The notes beneath the pieces are model-generated. The model had not been told where the DNA came from. It did not search any database and saw nothing but the letters and a program-made list of their open reading frames with translations. A stretch of DNA of 63,928 nt, the filler included, from Sluysia triapertura (lineage: Eukaryota): the NCBI GenBank assembly GCA_046118255.1. It is 5 parts of 5 records of this genome, joined end to end, with 100 filler letters (N's around TTAATTAATTAA, not from the genome) between each part and the next. Parts side by side here need not be neighbours in the genome. Positions count along the whole stretch, not along the records: positions 52,644 to 63,928 come from JBJNIA010186358.1; 4 more parts are not named here. One strand, 5' to 3'. Both the position numbers and the translations under genes were made by a program. Positions 54,370-63,928 of this stretch are shown here, piece by piece; positions within the stretch are counted from its first letter, which is position 1, and the number at the start of each line of letters is the position of its first letter.

Positions 54370-56700
54370 AATAAAGTACCAAATATAAAAACATTAAATT
54401 TATTACTTGCTTGTCAACAATAATTATTGCGAACTGGATTTTGCACCAACTGAGAGTTCGTGATTGAATTTTCTTTATGGCTTTGTGAGGACTGGAATAG
54501 CATGGCTTTAAAGAATTGGGACTTTCAAGTTTAAACCAAAAATACTCATTGTTGCTGATTCTTTGAGGAATGAAAACACATAAAGAATCGTTCCGGACTG
54601 AGATTGGAAAAGTATTCTCGGAAATGTGATGAAAATATCTTTCTTCTGAAATACTGCGTCGATACATTTGTGAGGCATTCATATGCTGGTTCCTAGCACT
54701 ATTTGTTCAGGAGAATATTCTGGTGGAGTGTATGAGATATTTCTTCATGTTGAAGAAATTAAAAGTAGTGTTTGATCAATAAGGAACAGAACGAAAACCT
54801 ACTGTAATCTTGTTTGATTGCGGATAGTAAGTGATGGTTCAGAATCTGGAACGTCCGATATACTTCAACAAGTTCAGACTCGAACTGAGTTCTTTGATCA
54901 ATGATGAAATGTTTAGGGACGCCAAACTTTGAGATCCAGTTTGTCACAAGAATATAGTTTCTTTTGTGATTGAACGTAGAGAAAAAACCTTCAGTCAATG
55001 GCTGTCAGTCTTTAATTGTGAAGATATATATGTATAAGTAGGGGGCCGTAAGAAAGTGGAGGACTTCCGGTTTTGTGTTTATATATTTTGGCAGTTTGAC
55101 AAATTAAACGTGATTTGCACCAATGTTTAATGTACTTATGTACAAAAGATCAAGGAACCTTGGAGCTTAATAATTAGTAGGTAGCTTTTGTATTTTGAAT
55201 ATATTCGAAAACTTTTATGCGTTGATTCAGTCCTGAAAGTTGATGATATAGTGCCGAGATATCTCTTCTGAGGAAGGAGGATCACCTATCGTGAACATTG
55301 GTTGAAATTTCAACCCACCATAGTGAATCATCTACCAAATATTATTGTCCGGAATATGCTGAATATCGAACAAATAGCTGATATGTCAATATGTAGAAGA
55401 TGAATTCTCTTCAAAATATTGGACAGCAAAGGTTTGTGGCCGATTCTCAGCGTGAACTTTGTTGGCATCAAGAGATATTCGAAATGATTGACAGATACTC
55501 GATCGAAATCTGAGTATGCATCTGTTAGGTGAACATTGGTGCGAATAAAAATTTATAAGTTTAGGAATCTTGATATTGCGTTAAGACCAAACCGATTGCG
55601 GTATTAAATATGTAAAAGGTAAACTTGGTAGAGGAAAAGCTACACCTTACATTTGTGTGATGGAGTCTTTTGGAAAGCTAATAAGCGGTTTCATTCCATT
55701 TTATGGTTCGTGTTTTCTTATTGCATGATAAAGCTGTTAAAAGTGCTAGAATTTGTGTAAGTTTCGTTAATAAACGGCAACAATAATTGAGGAGGCCTAG
55801 AAAACTTCTCATTTCAGTAACTATACGGCTTGGTCGAGGTTCCATACCGTCTATGTTCAAGAAATGCAATTTTGGATCGCAACAAATTAACATTTCTATT
55901 TTATGATTAGATTATTGTTTGGTAGTCGTCTTGATGTTTGGTCTAGATGTTGTCACTGTGATTCTATCTCTGTAGACACAATAATAAGCTACCGCAAAAA
56001 TAAACGCGGCAGTGCTTGATCTATGTGTCTGTGCAGCATTTAGTGGACCAATGTACACACGGATATACTCGAAGAGTTCAAAAGGTGTTTTTACTGTTCT
56101 TAGATATATATTCAGGATATACTAGAATACACTAGATATATTCAGGATATACTAAATATAGTATAACTTGGCTAAATCGGTGGTGTACCGACAAATCGGC
56201 GTAAAATATCAGTAATTAGAAGCACTGGATAGGCACCAGAGATGGTGACTTTATTTAACTTTATTCACAGCGGCCTGGGAAGAAAAAATGTGCACAATTC
56301 CTTGTCTTTCTATGTCTATGAATTCTTGTTCTGCTTGTGCCCAAATTTCTTGCGATACTTCTAGACAACTTAGCTTGCATGGTGCTCTTGGAATTGAGCA
56401 GTGGCAGGTACATGATCTGTGGAAAATTCTTCTTTCAACAGATGTATTCTTGTTGTATATAAGTGAAAACACTGTCTTCTTTGATATCTTGCTGAAATAA
56501 ATCGGTTCATCCACTGAAGTTATGATGAAATTCATTAAAATTCTGTCTTGAAATGAAAAAAGTGGAATTTCGATTGTTGAGTTTCACAACGAGGTACCGA
56601 CGAACCATTTGCTGCTGTTAAAATAGTGTAAAATGTGTTGTATATTTGAACAATTTGTTTGAAATAAGGGAAACAGAAAAGTCCGTACTGATGCGACATT
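54370..56700 (-). mobile_element. Decayed Ty3/Gypsy pol (PR-RT-RH-IN)
   Basis: RAPCKLS...AEQEFIDIERQGIV (RT N-terminus), MRSFLGLLNYCCR (RT/RH tether), NWISKFGVPKHFIIDQRTQFESEL (integrase), SLKPCYSSPH (GPY/F-like). Confidence 0.8.
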
Positions 56701-58398
56701 TTAATCGAGAGTAGAAAATATCAGCAACAAAAATGCCAAATATTCACTTTAGCCGCTACAACCAATGGCATCATTAGTTTTTGACAATCCTTTAAACTTA
56801 TAAAATTGATATTTTGTTAAATAATTTGCATCCAAGTAGACAGAATTTAGCTATTTTCTTTGATATATTATCCAGTAATGCGTCAATGTGGGGGTTTGTT
56901 GGTGTTTGAAAAAGGGCGATTGTGTTTTGTGTTACGTCAAGAAGCTGATGCTTTATTGGTTTATGGGTTTTAATGATAGTTTCCGAAATAAAAATATTAA
57001 TACAAATTATAAACACTTAATATTGAATGTTAAAGATATTATAAATATATTTCATGTTTTAAGTCACCTCTTCTAATTCTTCAAATATCATATTTTTGAA
57101 CTTAAAAACACTTAAAAACTGCGTTTAAAATAAGTTATTCTTTGAAACAGTTTTATTAGTGTAAAAACATTTAAGCAAAATAGCTCAAAATCGTTTACCA
57201 ATAAATTAAGTTTTCGTTAAACATTTAAATTAAATGTATCTTTTTAAAATTATAATTATAATATTTGAAGTTTAAATTATACAACAATCACCCTATATCG
57301 TAGTATATTGGTTCCGCGTTATAGGGAACTATATTGATGAAAAATGTGCATTTTATTAATTTCATAACACAAGTGACACAATATGCACAGGTACCAGAGT
57401 TTTATGGGACATGAAATCACGTAATATGAAAACGAGTTATGGGAGGGATTGAATAAATTTCTTAGCTATCAAACTTTTATGACTTGTTTAGACAAAATAA
57501 GTTTATGCTTATCTTTCCATTTTACAATGAGTATAACTTAACATTACGAATATTTAAAAGTATATCATTCTTGAATGTTCCACTTGCTCTTGTTGTATTG
57601 ATTAATTTGTAGCTTATGTTGTAATACATCTATTAATCTTTTCCAAAAAAAAGCACATCAAAGATTAATAACAGGTCCGCCTATAAATGGGATATTGATT
57701 GTTAAAATGTTAAAACACAAGAATTAAATATTAATCAATGTTAATATGAAAGTTTTATATATTTATGGTAAAAAAATATGTCGTGACAAAAACATATCCA
57801 AAACATTTTTCTAAATCTAGAATTCATTATCCAAAGTAATAGTGACAGTTTGCAAAGGCTTTTATCGATATGATATGTTTAAGAAATTTTTAAAGTGACA
57901 TCCGTCAATATTTAACAAAAGATTTATTTTATTTATGGAAATGTAAAATTAATCATTTTCATTTTTATTTCCAAATATTATTTTAAATAACCTATTTTAT
58001 CAAGGTTTATAATATTTAAATATAAAAATCATTTAATATTTTTATTAAAATATTAAGAATAAATTTAAAGTATGCAAATTATGCAAAGATAACCTTTAAT
58101 TAAATTATTTTTATTTTAATTTGTTGAAACAAAATATAACAATTCATCAACAAGTTTTAAAAAAATAACAATAAATAAATATATAGTATAATAAATAAAG
58201 TACTTAAATATAATATAAAATAACGAAACAAATTTAAATGAATATAATATCAAAAAAGAAAATATGCATTTTCTATAAAAATCAGATTAAAGAAATGTTT
58301 CTAATAATTTTATACATAATATTTCCTAATATAAATTTTAGTTTTGATTTTTATGACTCGAGTTTATATCAAGTGAAAATCCGAATTTTTCTAAATAT

Positions 58399-58403
58399 TT
58401 GTA

Positions 58404-58474
<71 letters not shown>

Positions 58475-61400
58475 TACACATATCATTCGATATTGTTTTA
58501 ACATCTATAAATGACCACCACATTTCATTATTCCTGAATCTCATTAAAGAAACAAATGTTTCGAGAATTGCAGTTTTATTTTCCTCATCAAGTTTTGCCG
58601 ACGGATTCTATAAGTTACTAACAAATATAACAGAATACAGCAGTAGGAAAGGTTTATTTACTTATTTAATCAATTATTCGTCACTGAATGAAAATGGATT
58701 GAAGAATGTACTAATAGACAAAATAAATATGAAAATATTTACTATTTGTGTTATCGATAAAAATCAAAATAACTTAAAAAGACTTCTAAACATATCATAT
58801 GAAGTTGGTATTCTCAGACAACATTACAATTGGATAATTGATGGTACTTTTATAAATCCAAGCATTTTTTCAAGTATTTTTCGTACTGACGAAAAACCCA
58901 ATATACTTTTTATTTATCCTGACTTCCGCAATAAAATTGATTTTAACTGTGTTTTAAATTGTAATGAAAACGGAGACATTCTGATTGATATAATAAATTT
59001 GTTGTATCAAAACTCCATTAATCAAATCAATCAGTGGAATAATATAAATCAAATGACTTGTAATAGTGAAAGTTACGTTATTTCCAATAAAACATTAATT
59101 CGAGATTCAATTTTCAAAGTAATTATTTCTGTTTTAAAAATACAAATGTCAAAACATATTATAACGATAAAATAATACTAAAAATAAATAATTTGTTTAA
59201 TTCTTAATTTATTAATTCTTAAAGTTATGTTAGTAAAGAAACATCATAATAAATAAAATACATCTAAAATGTCTTGGTAATTTTAAAAGAAACAGCTTAC
59301 AGGGACATGAAGGAAAAGTATAATCAAACAGTAAAGAATACAGGAAACATAAATCTGATGTAGCCTTACTAAATTAGCAAATCATAAAAGTACAGATCAA
59401 ATCGCAGCGTCAGAAGGACGAATAAACTTACAATTTTATTAAAATGAGAATGAAAGAATATGAAATATATATGAAATTTGTCATATTATCACGATAATAC
59501 ATAGAACGAAATTAGTTAATTATAGAAACAATTGACCATATATGTAGAAATTAAAAATGTAGTTATAATAGAATTTATATATTTTATCGAACTATTATAA
59601 TAGTCCTGACATTGATGTTAAATATAATAACTAAATTTCAAAATTAAATTTAATAAAATAAACTTTAAAATCATTTATTTTATTACATGTTGTCCCTTTA
59701 GTTATATTACTATTTTAGAAGCTATATTTATATCATCGAATTCTTTTTCATAATAAATCTTAGTGTAATTTATTAATTAGTTCATTTTTTGAGTATAAAT
59801 AATTTGAAATAAAACAAACTATTAAAATTTGCACTTTTCTCTCTATAATCAGAGACAAGTTCAAAAATACTCTTCAAAAAATAACTACAAATTAGCTTCA
59901 TTAATTTAATTTATAAATCAAGTATTAGTAAAACTAAACCCAATTCGAGATAGAAGTTGTACATGAAATCTTTAAAGTTAAATATTCTTAATAAAGATAT
60001 TTAATTAATAAAGTAAAAAAATGATTTCGCTGCAACTTCAATTTAATAATTTAATAAGTTAACTACAAAGAAAAATATAATTCTGTAACATTAATCAATT
60101 GATACAAATAAAGTAATAAAATGATAATTGTTACAAATTTTGCACTAATTAAATGCTATAATGCTTGTTACATAATTAAATATTATGTCAAACTCAATTT
60201 CAATTTTTAGTATATTCAATAACATTAATTTAATCATTATACTTATAAAAAATCTTAGAGCTCGAAATTAAATATTTAATCTAAATTTATTTACTACAAT
60301 ATCGATAAAATTAATTAAAATTCCTTAATTTTTTGTATTACCCTTCTTTCTACCAACAAATTATATATGCAGTGCACACATGTAGGTTTATTGGACCCAT
60401 GAAATAACAAAGTTAAAACAATCGTATAAATAAACGCATTAGTTTACTATATAAAAAAGTCAAAACTTTAACGTAACATATTAATAGAAAATAACTCATG
60501 AAATTTACACTTGGATCCATTGGACCCGACCGGTTGGCAGAAGTTTAAAATAAGTTTATTTTATCTTTATGATTTAAATAATTTATTTTATATTAAGTTG
60601 TGCATATTTATATTTTATACTATAAATATAAATAAAATTAAAATACTGCTGTGGTTGTAAATTATGAAAAACATTTCTAAATACTTAAAACTGAATTTTG
60701 AAGCATATATCAGCATAAAATTGTGCTTTTTTTATAGAAATTATAGTTAGACTATTTTCAAAATAGAAATCTAAATAAAACATAATAAAATAACATTTTT
60801 ATTTCAGTCTTCGGAGTTAACAAACATAATCAACACATTTGGTACATTTAATTTATATTCGACTACTTCAACAGATCTTACGCCAGATGTACCGAATTTG
60901 TTTACTTATTCCACCAAATTTATTCATGTATTAAAATGGAATTCAACATTAAATGTAATTAATAAAAATAAAATATTTCCAAATACATTCAATGGTTGGA
61001 ATAACAAAACATTATACGTTTGTACTGTAGTGGTAATTGTTTCATTTATTGTTCTATTAATTAATTGTTTTATTTATTCAGTTACACTTTTGTTATAGTA
61101 GCATGTGCCGCAAAAATTGAAATTTTATAATAGTAATAATAATAATAAATAATTTGTAAGTTTATTTATTGATACAGTTGATAAATTAATTTGACGATAT
61201 TCTTACTAAAATCAGTACAATAATGGTGGCACAGATATGATTTTAGTATGTATTTTGTAAATAGTCATTTTAAAAGTGTTTCATGAAGATAAAGACGAAA
61301 TAATTAACCCTTCAAAGGTATCATTTCAAGGTGTAATTTCATGCAAGTAAATGAATTTTATTTTACAAATTTAATAAAGGCATGATATTTGACACATTAT

Positions 61401-63297
61401 ATATGTAAAGATATTTGATATAAGAATTACATATTTCGTGAAAATTATAAAATTTATTTTTGCGGTTATTGCAAATAATATTGTGGTGACATTTACAAAT
61501 GAAGTTATTCATATTGTACATCTCATAGTATATCTCCTTGCTTAAATGTGGATATTGGGATATTGGCTCAGTTTCATCAAGTATTTCTAGTATTCTTCAG
61601 CCCCGATTACGTGGCAAATTTGGTAATTTTAATGCAAAAATGATATTCGACTTTATACCCAGTGCGTTCAAAAGTCCATAAAATACTGCCAATAGCTATC
61701 TTTGAATCCTTCAACTAACATGATAATTTTTTCATTTTAACTCTTTGCATTACCTCTTCTTTTTTGTTGAGTTGCAGTATTATATAACATCCAGTTTTTA
61801 GTTTAGTGTGCATGCTAAAGTCAAAACATTTTTTCCTTTGTTCAGTACAAACCAGTGAGCTCACGGGACGGAATTTCTCGAATATTTTTTCTTAAAATAG
61901 CTACCATAGTCAAATTATATTTCGTGAGTATTTTTGATACAAGAGTTATTGAAGAATTGGTTCCATGGATTGGATTCGATAAATTTCCGATAAAGCAATC
62001 AGCCAGTGGTAAATTTTGGTAAAATCCCCGAAACCATATAGTGTGAATTTAAATTGCACATAAGTTCTCATTTAATTTCATATTTATCCATTTTGTTTCA
62101 ATTGTACATTACGACCCGGAAACCTAGTAGTTGTTCATCAACTTTACAATCACAAGATGGTCTATAATTCAATTTTCCACAGTGATCGTATGTGTATGAA
62201 AAGATTTGTACATTTTTGAGCTTCATTAGTGAAAGGGTCATTAAAAGTTCAGCTGGTTATCTTTCTTAGCCCACGCATTAAATAATAAGGCAATGTATGC
62301 CTTGAGTTCGGTTAACCAAGAATTTTCATGAGAATAATTATTCTATTATTCGTTTAAAAAAATTCAACTTCAAGATTCTGAAGAATTAGTTGTAGTTTCA
62401 CCTTTTGGTTCAAGGATTGACCTTATGAATTTTTAGCAGCAATTTTGAGCCTATGTTGACCATTAATATTTATTTTTACCTTTTATAATATCTTTCTTAG
62501 GTAAAATGAGAGAGATACTAGGTTGATCTTCAGTGAACTGTATATTATCATTTAATTTAGTTTTCTTTCTACGATTTGGGATTTGTTGAAAAAGCAGATC
62601 TTCAATGAACTGGAAATTATTACACGAACTCTTTTACAATTACTACAGAGAATGATAGGCGTTTTTATTGCGTAAAATGTCAATACTTTCTCTCACGTTA
62701 TTACCAATTAAACTTATAAAATCATTCTCCTACATAATCATTTTCGCTTATATTGTCATCATCCTTTTCTAACATAATTTTCTATTTCATCTTTTTTGGG
62801 AGCACCATATTACAAAATTATTTTCACGACAGAAATAAAATAAAATGAATAAAAACACTTTAAAAATAATCATTTCCTCATATCCCAACTACAAAATTTA
62901 ACTACAGACTTAACAGCAAATAAAATTATTATTATTATCATTATTAATATCATTATTAATATCATAATTAATGTTATTGTTACTATTAATATTACTATTA
63001 TTATTATCATTATTATTAAATATTATTTTATTATTATTAGTAGTAGTAGTAGTAGTATTATCTATTTTATAATTGTTATAATTATAATTATTAATTATAC
63101 TGTATTATTAACTGCAGTATTAATTGTATTATTATCAATAATATTTTATTTATTTATTTATTTATTTATTATTATACTATATCCAAGGTTAAGCCAACAA
63201 TGACAATGTTTGGAAATTCGAAATACAATTCCTTGAATCAAACTGAAGGTCTTATTAGAGATATATTAAGTTATTTAGCGAATGCAATGAATTTTAT
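58399..63297 (+). CDS. Ionotropic glutamate receptor / IR-like gene, 5' part; exons about 58399(?)-59118, 60808-61032, 63188-63297; continues beyond the window
   Basis: ATD-like exon (LIKETNVSRIAVLF...GILRQHYNWII), then IFPNTFNGWNNKTLYVCTVV|VKP...EGLIRDILSYLANAMNF, which is the start of ligand-binding S1. Phase-compatible GT-AG junctions. The window ends on an acceptor-like tttcttag. The 5' start is unresolved. Confidence 0.75.
58405..58470 (+). repeat. (ATT)22 microsatellite
   Basis: Perfect run, in frame with the receptor ORF. Confidence 0.97.
60341..60545. mobile_element. Degenerate piggyBac-like MITE in receptor intron
   Basis: TTCT(A/G)CCAAC inverted at both ends; internal ATTGGACCC repeats. 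Confidence 0.35.
61308..62850 (-). mobile_element. piggyBac transposase relic in receptor intron
   Basis: TELKAYIALLFNAWAKKDNQL, VDEQLLGF, NPIHGTNSSIT, KYNLTMVAILRKNIREIP and LAVFYGLLNALGI appear in piggyBac order. TTAA|CCCTT terminus at 61304-61312. The other end was not found. Confidence 0.88.
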
Positions 63298-63928
63298 GTT
63301 AGCATTTTTCTAATATCACAAGTTTAGAATTTATTTTTACTATATTTATTTTAAGAAGATGCAGAAATTTTAAAATACAAATACTAAACATCACATGTTT
63401 GATATAAGTGTAATATCTAACGTGTAGTTTTATTGTATTGCTCTAAATTTAAATTAGACTTATTGGTTTTAAACGAATTCTTAAATAATGATTAATCACT
63501 CTTATTTATTTAAAATTATTCGTAAATTTTAACTAGATAGAACTCTTTAAACTTTGTAACTCATTTACTTTTAAATTCTCTTAGAATTTTTTAATTTAAC
63601 TCTGCATTCTAAACTCTCACAATAATTTGACTAATATCAACTTATTTTAAAACTTTAATAGAAACACTTTCTATGCGAAAAATCGTAGTTCTAACTTGTC
63701 TTGAAATAAAAACAAACTTTCTATTACAAAGAATACAAGTGTTGACAAAGAAGAATTACTTATTTTTACTTATTTTTAAATTATTTATTTTAAATTGATT
63801 GTAAAATAAATATATTGTTAAAGGTACTGTTACTTAATTATTAACAAGAAAATTATCAAATTGTTTTAACAAATTCTGTTTTATTAAAACAAATTCCAAA
63901 TTAAAAACGAGCCTCGCATATTTCTTAG

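Noticed and set aside
58338-58544. Minus-strand poly-Ile ORF (and plus-strand poly-Leu ORF 58238-58501) as separate genes
   Set aside because: By-products of the (ATT)n microsatellite.

Overview
Very AT-rich, repeat-dense eukaryotic (animal) DNA, most likely a spiralian/flatworm-like invertebrate. This is inferred from an animal-type USP, an IR/iGluR-like gene, GT-AG introns of 33-46 nt and (AAT)n microsatellites. The window is five contigs joined by artificial 100-nt linkers (44N-TTAATTAATTAA-44N), so adjacency across linkers is unproven. Host genes: first exon of a universal stress protein (1345-1556), a complete small SNX22/24-like PX-domain sorting nexin (25201-25730), and the 5' part of an ionotropic glutamate receptor/IR-like gene (58.4-63.3 kb, continuing past the window). 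Most of the rest is decayed mobile DNA: several Ty3/Gypsy relics, a LINE RT relic, a piggyBac transposase relic, and piggyBac-, hAT- and pogo-type MITEs. The most notable observations are: (1) a Gypsy family present in two diverged copies whose LTR has a conserved heat-shock-element array plus CCAAT and TATA, and whose longer copy carries about 4 kb of cargo after integrase (second retropepsin, env-like, PHD-like and Ulp1-like relics, plus a conserved unknown domain); (2) an intronless CCA-adding enzyme (TRNT1) fragment apparently lying inside a piggyBac-like shell. All protein assignments come from manual translation and motif recognition; no database search was run.
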